IMG/VR virus record: IMGVR_UViG_3300036856_000023
Span: 1-42,512 of that record
Direction: 5' to 3' (one strand)
Length of the DNA stretch: 42,512 nt
Source: a virus
Taxonomy: Duplodnaviria > Caudoviricetes
In this document: piece after piece, positions 1 to 9,125 of the stretch
Layout of the letters: each line of letters begins with the position of its first letter
Numbering within the stretch: the first letter of the stretch is position 1
The notes under the pieces: generated by a model
Told to the model about the DNA's origin: nothing
Databases searched by the model: none
What the model saw: only the letters and a program-made list of their open reading frames with translations
Program-made: the position numbers and the translations under genes

Positions 1-41
1 GGGCCGGTAGCGGCGACTGGGACCGCCGCTACCGGCCCTTT
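1..41 (+). terminator. GC-rich hairpin, possible intrinsic terminator
   Basis: Perfect 15-bp inverted repeat GGGCCGGTAGCGGCG (1-15) / CGCCGCTACCGGCCC (24-38) followed by TTT. Confidence 0.45.
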
Positions 42-76
42 ACCATGACACCAACGACGCAGGAAAGGCTCCTCAG

Positions 77-238
77 TTGCCATTGCTCAAGGAGTACCGG
101 ACGTTTGGTGCGCGTCTGTTCTGGCGGTCCTACCTCTTCAATCTCACGAAGGGTAAGTTGCCGCGTCGCTTTGAGCCAGCGCGAGAGATCCACGACCGCC
201 TGATCTCCCTCCACGCCAAAGAAGTCCTGCGTGACTGA
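77..238 (+). CDS. small hypothetical protein (53 aa, TTG start)
   Basis: Read manually: AGGAAAGG upstream, MPLLKEYRTF...KEVLRD*, stop overlaps start of the next ORF. Confidence 0.4.
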   Translation: MPLLKEYRTFGARLFWRSYLFNLTKGKLPRRFEPAREIHDRLISLHAKEVLRD

Positions 239-767
239 GTGGAAAGACGTCCCGCAACTGCACAGCTACCGGGGCTATGAGGCGCTACTGACCAAGATTG
301 GCTGGGGAAACGTCGCGCGCGCGATTTCCGGCGACGATGAACTGGTCTCCCAAACTGACTATCTGACAAAGGGATTCACCATGGGATACATCGCGCATCA
401 CGCATTTATCGTGTTCATCCCCGGCCACTTTGTGGACAACGGGTGCAGCCTGTTCTACCCCGACATCAAAATGCCCGATATTGAGGCCTACCGCCAGACG
501 CTCTCCCCGCCATTTCAGAAACTCCTGGTCGGGCCTATCCCGTGCGCAGCCAACGGTGACTACGTCCTGGCGCTGTTGCCTGATGGCAGCAAGGAGGGCT
601 GGGACACCAGCGACACCGGCGACCAGATCAGGGACGACCTGACCAAGATGTTCGACGTGCGCTATGAGGACGGCACTTGCCCCTTTGAAATGGTGGAGGT
701 CCGCTTCGGTGGGGATGACCCAGAGTTGGGATACGCCATCGACCCGCGTAAGCGCCCGTTCCGATGA
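231..767 (+). CDS. hypothetical phage protein
   Basis: 178-aa ORF with protein-like composition, tightly packed with neighbours. Confidence 0.7.
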   Translation: MTEWKDVPQLHSYRGYEALLTKIGWGNVARAISGDDELVSQTDYLTKGFTMGYIAHHAFIVFIPGHFVDNGCSLFYPDIKMPDIEAYRQTLSPPFQKLLVGPIPCAANGDYVLALLPDGSKEGWDTSDTGDQIRDDLTKMFDVRYEDGTCPFEMVEVRFGGDDPELGYAIDPRKRPFR

Positions 768-773
768 GCACTT

Positions 774-1106
774 ATGCCCGGTAAGCAGTACTTCTCTGAC
801 GGCCTGGACGGTCTCATCCGCGTCTACAGTAACGAGGAACCGGAGACCAGAGAGTTCTTCTTCTCCCGCGCGGAAAAGCTGGGTAGTGATGGCCGGTGGT
901 ATGACTACCGCAGGGCCATGCTGGACATCTTCCACAGCGGCTACTACGAGCCGACGAACGTCTATTTCCTCCCGATGTGGGACCTGGATTACCGCTACAC
1001 CCACCTGGTGCACCCGTGTCCGCACGTGACACTGTTGATGGCCGATGGATGGACACTAGAACTCGTCGGCGGTTGGGACCTGCGATGTTTTACCTGCAAC
1101 CCGTAA
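774..1106 (+). CDS. hypothetical phage protein
   Basis: 110-aa ORF between packed neighbours; C-terminal CxxC. Confidence 0.55.
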   Translation: MPGKQYFSDGLDGLIRVYSNEEPETREFFFSRAEKLGSDGRWYDYRRAMLDIFHSGYYEPTNVYFLPMWDLDYRYTHLVHPCPHVTLLMADGWTLELVGGWDLRCFTCNP

Positions 1107-1115
1107 TCTGAGGCC

Positions 1116-1679
1116 ATGATTGCAGCGGCGCCCGGCGACATCCTCGCCGTACGGGAAAGTAATGGCATCTGGTCCAAGCTCATCCGGTTCTCGGAATGGT
1201 GGCGCGGCCTACCAGACCTCTCCGATCACTGCGTGGTGGTGACCCACAAGGACCAGACGGGACGGTGGATCGGCATCGCCGGCGGACCCCGAGGGGTTGC
1301 GGTGTGTGATTGCACCGCGTACCTGCAAAGTTCACTCACCCGCTCCAACTACGGCCAACCCCGGCGCAACAACCATCATCAGCTGTCGTCCTTCCTCGCG
1401 TCCTGCGCCAAATCACTCGGTATCGCGTACGACTGGGTGGGCATCGTGGAGGACACGCTGGACGCCTTCGACCTCCACGACCTCAGTGAGCTCATTGACC
1501 CGCTGTGGCGCTGGCCCACCGAGGACAACGTGTTGCCTGGTCACGTCGTCTGCAGTTCCCTGGCCGCGCGGCTGTACGAGATCGTGGGCTGGGAGCACCC
1601 CGACGTAGGAACAGAGCGGGTATGTGTGCCCGCCCAGTGGTGGCAGTGGAACAACAACAAGGCATGGCGGGGCGTATAA
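1116..1679 (+). CDS. permuted papain-like NlpC/P60 (YiiX/YebB-like) protein
   Basis: PGDILAVR, early His (DHCVVV), G-x-x-YDW and late Cys motif VVCSSLAARLY, the permuted His-before-Cys order. Confidence 0.7.
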   Translation: MIAAAPGDILAVRESNGIWSKLIRFSEWWRGLPDLSDHCVVVTHKDQTGRWIGIAGGPRGVAVCDCTAYLQSSLTRSNYGQPRRNNHHQLSSFLASCAKSLGIAYDWVGIVEDTLDAFDLHDLSELIDPLWRWPTEDNVLPGHVVCSSLAARLYEIVGWEHPDVGTERVCVPAQWWQWNNNKAWRGV

Positions 1680-1685
1680 CAGGTG

Positions 1686-1715
1686 TAGTGATGTGCCAGG
1701 TGACTGGCGTATAAT
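1686..1715 (+). promoter_or_regulatory. conserved promoter/operator motif, copy 1
   Basis: TGCCA-N6-TGGCG-TATAAT upstream of the 1757/2233 operon. Confidence 0.75.
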
Positions 1716-1756
1716 ACCCGTATGGCGGCAAACGGTCGCCAGGAGAGAGGTAGCCC

Positions 1757-2236
1757 GTGAGTAAGGACCTCAACGGCCTGATCAGGGAGGTATTGGAAGA
1801 CCTACCTGACGGGTCAACGCGCGACGTAGCAACGGAGGTTGCCAGTCGCACCCCCAGTGACAGGACCACGGAGTTTTATACCGAGGCACTCCTGTCCAAT
1901 GTCGCCCAGGTCATCGCGCGCAGTCGCAACGTTGCGATGGATCGCGTGTTTGGCATCGTACGTCGCACCAACCACTCCCCCCGCATTGAGCGCCGCAAGA
2001 ACAACTGGGCGGTCCTGATGGACGAGGAGCTGGTATTCGGCGGTCAGCGCAAGCGCATCGGGGACTGCAACAAGGCGGACTTGATGTCAGCGGCGCAGTA
2101 CCGGCGCAACCTGGCAGAGTCCATCACGTCCTCGGCCGAGCGGCTGGAGATGCTGGCTGACGCGCTGGACCGTCATGGCGTGGAGTATGCGCGAGAGCTA
2201 CCCGCCGACGCGATCACGATGAGTGGTGCCGCATGA
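1757..2236 (+). CDS. hypothetical protein translationally coupled to the Nop-like gene
   Basis: GGAGAGAGG RBS, GTG start, ATGA overlap with 2233. Confidence 0.8.
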   Translation: MSKDLNGLIREVLEDLPDGSTRDVATEVASRTPSDRTTEFYTEALLSNVAQVIARSRNVAMDRVFGIVRRTNHSPRIERRKNNWAVLMDEELVFGGQRKRIGDCNKADLMSAAQYRRNLAESITSSAERLEMLADALDRHGVEYARELPADAITMSGAA

Positions 2237-3066
2237 CCGCCACCATTGACCCGCCCGTCCTGTCGGACACGCCCGAGGAGCCCCACCGTCGCCGTCCGCT
2301 ACCGCCGGGCTACCAAGCGGGTCCCATCCTGGACGACTGGATGCTCCACATTTACGCCGACTCTCTTGACGACTTGGAACACGTCCGGTGCGCCAACGAG
2401 AACCGGCTACGGTCCATGACGCAGGTCCACGGCCTGACCGATGAGCACCCCGATGTCGCGCTGTTGGCCGACACCGTGGATCGGATGAAAAAATTCGAGC
2501 ACGAGTCGGAACTTAATCTGCGCCGAAGGGTCCGCAGTCACCCGCTGTGGCACGTCATGGAGAAGGAGCGCGGCGTCGGCGAGAAGCAGGTCGCGCGCCT
2601 ATTGGCCGTCATCGGTGACCCCGTCTGGCATGAGCAGTTCCAGCAACACCGAACACTGCGCCAGCTTCGCGCGTATTGCGGCCTGCACGTCCTGGAGGGT
2701 AGCGATGGCCTGGGGTCAGCGCCCAAGCGTCAGCGCGGGTCGCAGAGCAACTGGAACGAGGACGCGCGAAAGCGGCTGTGGCTGATTGCCGACTCGATCA
2801 TCAGGGCCAACATGGGGAAGATGGCCGACCGGCCCGACCGATCCAAGTATGCCCTGGTGTATGAGGGGTCCCGGTTCACCCAGTACGGCGAGGCGCTCCA
2901 CGCCTTGCCATGCGTCAGGTGTGGCCCCAAGGGGAAACCGGCAGAGGTCGGGTCAGAGCTGAGTGATGGTCACAAGAAGGCGCGCGCCATGCGCAAAGTG
3001 ATGGTCGCAATCCTGGACGACCTGTGGAAGGAAGCCTTCCGTCAGCACGGAGGGGTCCCTGACTAG
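2233..3066 (+). CDS. Nop/IS110 C-terminal-domain protein without RuvC-like domain (TasA-like)
   Basis: Helical N-terminus, then RGVGEKQVARLLAVIGDP, LRAYCGL, SNWNEDARKRLWLIADS and HKKARAMRKV, motifs typical of the IS110 Transposase_20/Nop fold; no N-terminal DEDD domain. Confidence 0.75.
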   Translation: MTATIDPPVLSDTPEEPHRRRPLPPGYQAGPILDDWMLHIYADSLDDLEHVRCANENRLRSMTQVHGLTDEHPDVALLADTVDRMKKFEHESELNLRRRVRSHPLWHVMEKERGVGEKQVARLLAVIGDPVWHEQFQQHRTLRQLRAYCGLHVLEGSDGLGSAPKRQRGSQSNWNEDARKRLWLIADSIIRANMGKMADRPDRSKYALVYEGSRFTQYGEALHALPCVRCGPKGKPAEVGSELSDGHKKARAMRKVMVAILDDLWKEAFRQHGGVPD

Positions 3067-3269
3067 TGGTCGGCTATTGGACAAACCGCGACGGGGAGTG
3101 GGTAGAGGTCAGTCGAGCCGAATGGCGACGGCTGGCCTACGAGCAGTACCTCGCCGCCCAGAGGGTAAGGGAGGCAATGCCGCAGTCAGCGGCATTGCCT
3201 GCGTATGCGACCTCCCCGGTGACAAGGGTCATCCCGTCAGCACAAGACGAATTGTCGCCGGGGCCTTAG
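3066..3269 (+). CDS. small hypothetical protein
   Basis: Start overlaps the stop of 2233-3066; the 3' part runs through a stem-loop unit. Confidence 0.4.
   Translation: MVGYWTNRDGEWVEVSRAEWRRLAYEQYLAAQRVREAMPQSAALPAYATSPVTRVIPSAQDELSPGP
3214..3263 (+). repeat. dual-spacer stem-loop unit (1 unit)
   Basis: ccccggtga CA agggtcatcc CG tcag CA caagacgaat TG tcgccgggg. Confidence 0.85.
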
Positions 3270-3296
3270 CAAACTGCCAGGCAAGTGGCGTAAAAT
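3267..3296 (+). promoter_or_regulatory. conserved promoter/operator motif, copy 2
   Basis: TGCCAGGCAAGTGGCGTAAAAT. Confidence 0.7.
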
Positions 3297-3461
3297 TATG
3301 AAGCTGGCAGAGGGTCGGCCAAAATGAGGAGGAGTCATGGGGGACATCGGCACCACGAATCCACGTCGAGAAATTTCCATCCCGACTGGACCACCAGTAC
3401 GTCCGTTGCCCATCCCGTCGCGGACGCCGGAACAAACACCCAGGGAGCCCGTCCCGGTGCG

Positions 3462-4121
3462 ATGACCGATCCGGTTGAGGACGACCTGCCCGACATCACC
3501 ATCGGGCGACATGCGGTACGCACGTTCACGGTGGACTACAAGCACCGCAAGCTGTTGTCGCTGACCACCCCGGGGAACCATTGGGAGGGTGGAAAGTGTA
3601 TTGCCACCTGTGCCATCGGTAGCGATCACACACCACCGGTCAGGGGCTGTTCATGTGGCATCTACGGCAAGCTCAGCCTTGATGGACTGTGGGAGTACGG
3701 ACGCGCCGCGCAAGAATTGGTGGTGGTGTTTGAAGCCGAGGGTGAAACCCTGGTCGGCCCCACGGGATTGCGCGTTGAGGCCGCACGGGTGGTGGCCTAC
3801 TGGTCACCCGTGCGGGGCGTCAGGCGAATCTGTCAGGAGCAGTTGGGGGGTGCCCGCAATTTTGGCGACCTGGATGAGATGTTGTCCGCGTATGACATCC
3901 CGCGCGGCAACGCCACCCCGCCGCCGCCACGAATGAATCCCACGATCAGCGCCCTGTTATGGATGCTGGTCTGCTGTGTGGTGGTGGTGCTGGACACCAA
4001 CATCGCCTATATCGACTTCATTCTCCACCGCTGGGCCTGGGGCTGGGCTCTGGTGGTCAACCTGTTCATGATGCTCTATCTACTCCGTCACTATGCCCGA
4101 CGATTACGGAATCGTCTCTGA
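3462..4121 (+). CDS. Cys-motif phage protein with C-terminal transmembrane helices
   Basis: C-x4-H...CSCGIYG motif and two hydrophobic C-terminal segments; start chosen at MTDPVEDD. Confidence 0.7.
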   Translation: MTDPVEDDLPDITIGRHAVRTFTVDYKHRKLLSLTTPGNHWEGGKCIATCAIGSDHTPPVRGCSCGIYGKLSLDGLWEYGRAAQELVVVFEAEGETLVGPTGLRVEAARVVAYWSPVRGVRRICQEQLGGARNFGDLDEMLSAYDIPRGNATPPPPRMNPTISALLWMLVCCVVVVLDTNIAYIDFILHRWAWGWALVVNLFMMLYLLRHYARRLRNRL

Positions 4122-4127
4122 TGACGT

Positions 4128-4280
4128 CCACACGCCAATCTTCGTCCCGCCAGCCAAGATACTGGCGGCGTGTGGGCGGCGACAAAGGGCTTTGCGCACG
4201 CATAAGGCACCCCGTCGCCGTACCCTGTTGCACGTCAATTCCCCCGGCGCGAGCACTAAAGGTTCCGGCGTGCAACAGGG
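4128..4280 (+). repeat. dual-spacer stem-loop cluster (3 units)
   Basis: Example: ccctgttgcacgt CA attcccccgg CG cgag CA ctaaaggttc CG gcgtgcaacaggg. Confidence 0.85.
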
Positions 4281-4311
4281 TCTAAACAATGAGCCATTCG
4301 CCGGCTACATC

Positions 4312-4614
4312 ATGGAGGGAGCCCCGTGCCGCCAGCCCCGGCTGTGGTTCCTGGATCGACACCTCCGCACTCTCATAGAGGTGGGCGCGTGGAATGTAAT
4401 CGGTCAAGACGGCTTACTGGGCCACTGGACCCATGACGTCCCAGCACCAGGCGTTCCATCACCGGCTCACTATTTGAGCTTGCGTTATGAGCATGTCAAC
4501 GCAGATGGCAGCACATTGTGGAAGGCCGTATGGAGGTTAACCGAAACCACCATCCCGCACATTCATATCTTCGGTGGGGATGACACCTGGAGGCTGGGGA
4601 TATGGCCCGATTAG
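4312..4614 (+). CDS. hypothetical protein
   Basis: Trp-rich ORF between two stem-loop clusters; start moved downstream of the repeats. Confidence 0.55.
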   Translation: MEGAPCRQPRLWFLDRHLRTLIEVGAWNVIGQDGLLGHWTHDVPAPGVPSPAHYLSLRYEHVNADGSTLWKAVWRLTETTIPHIHIFGGDDTWRLGIWPD

Positions 4615-4616
4615 AC

Positions 4617-4768
4617 GGCGCGCAATGCTAGCTTCGCCAGCAAAGTCCGCTACGCGCGCCCGGCGGCAAAGGTCTTGACGTGAGCAATGTTACCGTCGCC
4701 GCTGGACTGGACCTGTCGCACGTCAAACCTCCTCACGGAAGCAAGATTCACGACGGCGTGCGGCAGGT
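4617..4768 (+). repeat. dual-spacer stem-loop cluster (3 units)
   Basis: Example: acctgtcgcacgt CA aacctcctca CG gaag CA agattcacga CG gcgtgcggcaggt. Confidence 0.85.
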
Positions 4769-4771
4769 TCT

Positions 4772-5071
4772 TTACACCTGGCTGTACTTGTCGATCAGAC
4801 CCTGGGCGCCACCATCACACACAGCATCCAACGCCTGGCGGCGCAGTCGCACACACATGTCGGGCTCGGAAAAGCGCAGTGCCCCACGACCGTCCAACAG
4901 TCGGGCCGCCTTGATGGTGACTTCTTCGGCCGGCGGGCGCGCCGCGAAGGCCATCGGTGCACTATGGCGAATCGAAATCCACCCGTCAGTCTCACTGCGC
5001 GTCTGGGCGCGCATCCCAACCTCCCGCAGGATTCGGGCGGCTTCTACTTCAATCTCACGCGCAACAGGCAT
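4772..5071 (-). CDS. hypothetical protein
   Basis: Protein-like minus-strand ORF (MPVAREIEVEAA...) filling the gap between a repeat cluster and a promoter. Confidence 0.4.
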   Translation of the reverse strand: MPVAREIEVEAARILREVGMRAQTRSETDGWISIRHSAPMAFAARPPAEEVTIKAARLLDGRGALRFSEPDMCVRLRRQALDAVCDGGAQGLIDKYSQV

Positions 5072-5148
5072 GGCATGAGTGTACGAGTTGCGCAACCCAA
5101 TGTGGGAGAAGTTGGCTTGTGTCGCCCGCAATCCCACTCGTCGCCTAC

Positions 5149-5178
5149 TACCGATGTGCCATAGCGGTGGCATATAAT
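5149..5178 (+). promoter_or_regulatory. conserved promoter/operator motif, copy 3
   Basis: TACCGATGTGCCATAGCGGTGGCATATAAT. Confidence 0.75.
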
Positions 5179-5211
5179 AGGCGCGCTGGCAAAAGGTCAG
5201 CAGGGAGGTGG

Positions 5212-5730
5212 ATGATGCAGGACTACTCGCGAGGTCTGGCGCCCTACGACCCGCGCACAGGCGCCATCGACGGACAGGTTGAGTCCGAGACGGAGGCGGC
5301 TGAGCGCAAGCGCAAGGAGCAGCTGAAGGCGGCAGAGCACCGGCGTCTGCAGGTCAAGAAGACACGTCAGGAGCACGCAGATGCCCGCAAAGAAGCACTG
5401 CGTGAGTTGGACGACGCGCGCCATGACTTCAAGCTCGCCAAGATCTGTGTCGCGGCCACCGGCGTCGTCGCCGTGGGCATGGGTTTCGGGTGGGTCGTCA
5501 CCACCTTGTGGTGGATGACAGGCATCGGCCACTCCGGCGGACCGCTGTCGTTGATCATCATCGGACTCATACTTGGCACCGTCTTGGACGGTCTCGGATT
5601 GGCGGCGTCCGTCACGTCGGCCAAAAACACTCACGGGGGTGTCCGCGAGAAGCAGCGCAAGTACGACGACGCGCTGGAAGTAGAGGCACGCTATGAGACC
5701 GAATTACTCGAGCAGCGAGAGATCGCCTGA
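5212..5730 (+). CDS. membrane protein (coiled coil plus 2 TM helices)
   Basis: GGGAGG RBS; charged helical N-terminus and two hydrophobic segments. Confidence 0.75.
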   Translation: MMQDYSRGLAPYDPRTGAIDGQVESETEAAERKRKEQLKAAEHRRLQVKKTRQEHADARKEALRELDDARHDFKLAKICVAATGVVAVGMGFGWVVTTLWWMTGIGHSGGPLSLIIIGLILGTVLDGLGLAASVTSAKNTHGGVREKQRKYDDALEVEARYETELLEQREIA

Positions 5731-5939
5731 TGGATGAGATGATTGCTGGCTTGGAACGCGCGGAGACTTCGTTGCGCCGGGAGTATGAGTACCGGCGTAA
5801 TGACGCCCTCTGGGCTCCCTCGGCGCAACGGTGGCGGGACAAGGCGGATGGCGTCCGCTATGCCATCAGCATCGTGCGTGGTGACGTGAAGGCCCCGAGC
5901 GTGGAGGCCTTGGCGCATGAGGCAGTGTGGTACCGATGA
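5730..5939 (+). CDS. hypothetical protein
   Basis: TGATG overlap with the upstream gene. Confidence 0.6.
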   Translation: MDEMIAGLERAETSLRREYEYRRNDALWAPSAQRWRDKADGVRYAISIVRGDVKAPSVEALAHEAVWYR

Positions 5940-6175
5940 TGAATTGGGACGTTGTCGACACCCGGGAATTCCGCATCGCCTACGTGGTGCTACTGGGCGA
6001 GTTCTACGTCGAAATGATGGTGGAGGCCTACCTGCATTCTTGGCTTGCCGGGGTCTTGCTGGTCATCGTCATGACCATGGTGGCAGGCATCTTCGCCATC
6101 ATGAGTCGAGACGCCTGGTCCGACGTTCGCCCACTGTGGCGGCTACTGCAGCACTATAGAAAAGAGTTGGAATGA
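5927..6175 (+). CDS. small membrane protein
   Basis: Two hydrophobic stretches; overlaps both neighbours. Confidence 0.6.
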   Translation: MVPMMNWDVVDTREFRIAYVVLLGEFYVEMMVEAYLHSWLAGVLLVIVMTMVAGIFAIMSRDAWSDVRPLWRLLQHYRKELE

Positions 6176-6492
6176 AAGCCTTAGCCCCGCTGGTAGTAGG
6201 TGTGGCGATTGCATTTGCTTCGCCGGCGCACGCTGATGACCCAGACCAGCACTACCTCAACGCCGTGCGGTCCAACGGCATCGCGGGTGGTCACGACGAC
6301 ACCCTCATCACCTTCGCCCATGAGTGGTGCAACAGCCCAGCAGTAGGAATTCAGCCGTCACAATTCGACCTGCAAGGACAAGGGGTGTGGCCCCAGCAAC
6401 TGTGGACCCTGCGCACCGTGGCTAGCAAGGTGTACTGCCCCGACCGGGTCGTTGCGCCCAATAGTCCCGTCTACCACGGGCTCCTCCCATGA
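6172..6492 (+). CDS. DUF732-like secreted protein
   Basis: Signal peptide ending ASPAHA, then D-x-x-YL-x-AVR-x-x-GI, a Cys and a YCP motif, typical of mycobacterial DUF732. Confidence 0.7.
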   Translation: MKALAPLVVGVAIAFASPAHADDPDQHYLNAVRSNGIAGGHDDTLITFAHEWCNSPAVGIQPSQFDLQGQGVWPQQLWTLRTVASKVYCPDRVVAPNSPVYHGLLP

Positions 6493-6785
6493 CACGCCAA
6501 TCGAACGCTCGAGAGCAACATCCGTCGCGGCGTGTGGTTCATGCCTAGGTCAGCCCTGCCAGCGGGGGTAGGTAAAGGGTCACCCGTGGCGGCAAAACCC
6601 CGCTACGGCGACCTGGGCTGGCTTATCGGCCACCCTGGCGACAATAAGCATGACGTACCGCAAGTCCTCCCTTGTCGCCAGGGAGGTCGTTCACACGCCA
6701 AAAAAATTGCCGTCCGCAAGAGTGGCAGCGGCGTGTCCCCGGCGACACTCCATCGCACGACGGCAATACCAGCACCGTCGCCGGG
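6492..6785 (+). repeat. dual-spacer stem-loop units (4 units at 6492, 6633, 6693, 6738)
   Basis: Example: acacgc CA atcgaacgct CG agag CA acatccgtcg CG gcgtgt. Confidence 0.85.
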
Positions 6786-6803
6786 TCAACGTGAGAGGAC
6801 GCC

Positions 6804-7157
6804 ATGGTTCTGACCACCGCCTTCCCCACCCGCCAGGTCTTCCATCAGCGCGGCAACACCAATGTCTTCGCTGTGCAGTGGCGGGGCGACAATCTCGATC
6901 AGGTCAAGGAGTTCGTCGAGCCCCGTTACGGCACCAAGGTGGACGCCGAAGCACTCGAGTGGTTCGTCACCAAAAACGGTGACCTACTGCTGCATGATTC
7001 CCTCGACCTCGAAGCTCAGGTCATTTGCCGAACGTGGTGGTTAGTGGCGCAGCCGCACGCCAAAATCCGCAAGGTCCGGTTCGTATTCTGCGATGAGGAG
7101 CGTTTCAACGCGCTGTATGAAGAGACGCCACCGGGGTCAGGGAAGGACACACCATGA
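6804..7157 (+). CDS. hypothetical phage protein
   Basis: GAGAGGA RBS; AVQW-x-G-x-N ... F-x-x-x-YE pattern common in small phage proteins. Confidence 0.75.
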   Translation: MVLTTAFPTRQVFHQRGNTNVFAVQWRGDNLDQVKEFVEPRYGTKVDAEALEWFVTKNGDLLLHDSLDLEAQVICRTWWLVAQPHAKIRKVRFVFCDEERFNALYEETPPGSGKDTP

Positions 7158-7342
7158 GTCGCGAGAAGATCATGCCGCGCAAGGCCAGGCTCTGGCAGTC
7201 CTGGCACCGGCTCCGTGGCCATGTGGTGACCCGTGGCTGGTTCTGTAACCGGGACGGCACCGACACGCTGACCTACATGCAGTGCGCGACCTGTCGGCGC
7301 TCACCCCAAGGGTTGTACAGAAGGGAGCGTCTGTGGACGTGA
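7154..7342 (+). CDS. small hypothetical protein
   Basis: ATGA overlap; CxxC near the C-terminus. Confidence 0.55.
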   Translation: MSREKIMPRKARLWQSWHRLRGHVVTRGWFCNRDGTDTLTYMQCATCRRSPQGLYRRERLWT

Positions 7343-7470
7343 CGCCGGAGGGATTGCTCGACATGTTCGCCTGTCTGGTGGTCGGCATCATCATCGGCTA
7401 CCTGTGGGCCGCGCACCCGGTCAAGCCGGATGAAGAGGAGCACGTCCAGGACTTTCCCGGCGACAAATGA
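7339..7470 (+). CDS. small membrane protein
   Basis: GTGA overlap with the upstream stop; one hydrophobic helix. Confidence 0.45.
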   Translation: MTPEGLLDMFACLVVGIIIGYLWAAHPVKPDEEEHVQDFPGDK

Positions 7471-7613
7471 AGTGACGCTGGCAAGCCAGTCCTCGTCGCC
7501 GGGAAACCCGGGATGCACGCCACAGCGTGGGACGCTAGCAAGAGTGGCATCGGCGTGCAGACCCCGGCGGCAAGGGTCGTCGCGATGGCAAGTAATATCC
7601 CGTCGCCGGGGTC
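7453..7613 (+). repeat. dual-spacer stem-loop cluster (3 units)
   Basis: Example: ccccggcgg CA agggtcgtcg CG atgg CA agtaatatcc CG tcgccgggg. Confidence 0.9.
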
Positions 7614-7622
7614 ACCCCTTTG

Positions 7623-7652
7623 GCTTTGTATGCCAGTACGGTGGCGTATAAT
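7623..7652 (+). promoter_or_regulatory. conserved promoter/operator motif, copy 4
   Basis: TGCCAGTACGGTGGCGTATAAT. Confidence 0.75.
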
Positions 7653-7693
7653 GGTTAACGGCTGGCAAAAGGTCAGCAGGAGGAAAGGCGCAG

Positions 7694-8641
7694 GTGAAGC
7701 CTTCTAACATTAAAGGATCAGCTATGTGTGTGCTGTGCGAAAAAGAGAGCGACCGCGTTCCTATCGGACGCGGTCTTTCTGTTCTATACCTCAACGTGAC
7801 GCCCAGTATGGCGGCCAAGATCCTGGGAGAGCACAACAAGGGCAACCGGACCATTAAGCCCAAGCAGGTGGACCGGCTGGCCAGTGACATCACCGGGGGC
7901 CGTTGGCAGTCCGACATGCCCGACATGTGCGGCCTGGACACGTCCATGCATATCATCAGCGCACAGCACCGGTTGAGTGCCGTCATCAAGGCGGGAAAAT
8001 CCGCCGGCATCTGGTTCCTGTTCGGCCTTCCGCAGTCCTCGCGTGGCGTGACGGACCAGGCGGTGACGTACTCCACCGGGGATGCGCTACGCCGCCATGG
8101 GGTGGAGCAGTACGCCAACCTGATGGCCACCACACTCAAGGCCGTGGTGGCGTGGAAGATGGGGATGGTCCCCAACTCCGGGTCCAAGCCCAGCCGGGTC
8201 AACCTGAGTAAGTCGTGGTTGGAGCAGGAAATCGACAACCACCCCAAGCTGCTGGCCTCCGTTAAATGGGCCATGACCAACAAGTCGGAATTCCGCTCGA
8301 TCCCGACGTCCAACCTGGCCTTCGGCCACTACATCACCACCCGGTACGCCAGCAAGAAATACGGGCCTGAGTTCTGGGACGGCCTGCTCAATGCAGGACA
8401 CCTGGAGGCTGGCGACCCACGCCGCGCGATGATGCGGATGTTCGAGAAGGTGAACCTCGACAAGGTCGACAGCAAGGTCAACGGCATCTACATCTTCGGC
8501 ATCATCAAGGCGTGGAACCTGTGGATTGAGGACCGTCAGTTAAAGCAGATGACCTACAAACAGACCGAGACGCTACGCGGCGGCGCGCTAAAGGTAGAGC
8601 GGTTTGTCCCGATCCCCGAGTTGGCCATTTGCGATGAATAA
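7694..8641 (+). CDS. ParB/Srx-like N-terminal domain phage protein
   Basis: VTP-x-x-A-x-x-x-L...N-x-x-NR...V-x-x-LA-x-D-x-x-x-G-x-W...AQHRL-x-AV, resembling the ParB-like GQHRL motif. Confidence 0.6.
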   Translation: MKPSNIKGSAMCVLCEKESDRVPIGRGLSVLYLNVTPSMAAKILGEHNKGNRTIKPKQVDRLASDITGGRWQSDMPDMCGLDTSMHIISAQHRLSAVIKAGKSAGIWFLFGLPQSSRGVTDQAVTYSTGDALRRHGVEQYANLMATTLKAVVAWKMGMVPNSGSKPSRVNLSKSWLEQEIDNHPKLLASVKWAMTNKSEFRSIPTSNLAFGHYITTRYASKKYGPEFWDGLLNAGHLEAGDPRRAMMRMFEKVNLDKVDSKVNGIYIFGIIKAWNLWIEDRQLKQMTYKQTETLRGGALKVERFVPIPELAICDE

Positions 8642-9125
8642 GACTGAGGCGCGCAAGATTTGGAAGGACTTGGCCAACGACTTCGAGCTTCCCGACGTCC
8701 GCATCAGAGCCATCCTCGAGGATGATGAGCACTGGACCAGCTTGGGCTATATGGAGGGGCCTGCTGGCTTCGCTGACTGCTGGGTGGATCACATGTCGAC
8801 GGTGGAGGTCGCCAAGGCCGTCGCGCCACTCATCGTCCAAGAGATGATCAGGGCTGACTGGAATGACGACGCCATCGCCCATGCGCTGCGCGGCGTCGGA
8901 CCCGCACACATCAAGGCGTACCGGCTACGGCGAGAGCGCGGCGACCTGACCACCATCCCCATCGAACACGCCCCACCCTCTGGGTGGTATTTCGATGTCG
9001 GGATACGACGGCGCGCGCTGGCCGACCAGAGTGCGATGGACCGCCATGGGACCAACTCGAAGGAAATTCTACAATCGGTCATCGCCAAGGCCGTCGATGA
9101 GCTGATCGGCACTCCCGCCGAATGA
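8634..9125 (+). CDS. hypothetical protein
   Basis: Overlaps the upstream stop; ends exactly at the first repeat of the next cluster. Confidence 0.7.
   Translation: MNKTEARKIWKDLANDFELPDVRIRAILEDDEHWTSLGYMEGPAGFADCWVDHMSTVEVAKAVAPLIVQEMIRADWNDDAIAHALRGVGPAHIKAYRLRRERGDLTTIPIEHAPPSGWYFDVGIRRRALADQSAMDRHGTNSKEILQSVIAKAVDELIGTPAE

Noticed and set aside
212-233. cacgccaaagaagtcctgcgtg as a stem-loop unit
   Set aside because: Only one arm, and it lies in probable coding sequence; it does not fit the two-arm grammar.
2233-3066. IS110 transposase / insertion sequence
   Set aside because: No N-terminal DEDD RuvC-like domain, no evident IS boundaries, and it is embedded in a phage operon behind the phage promoter motif.
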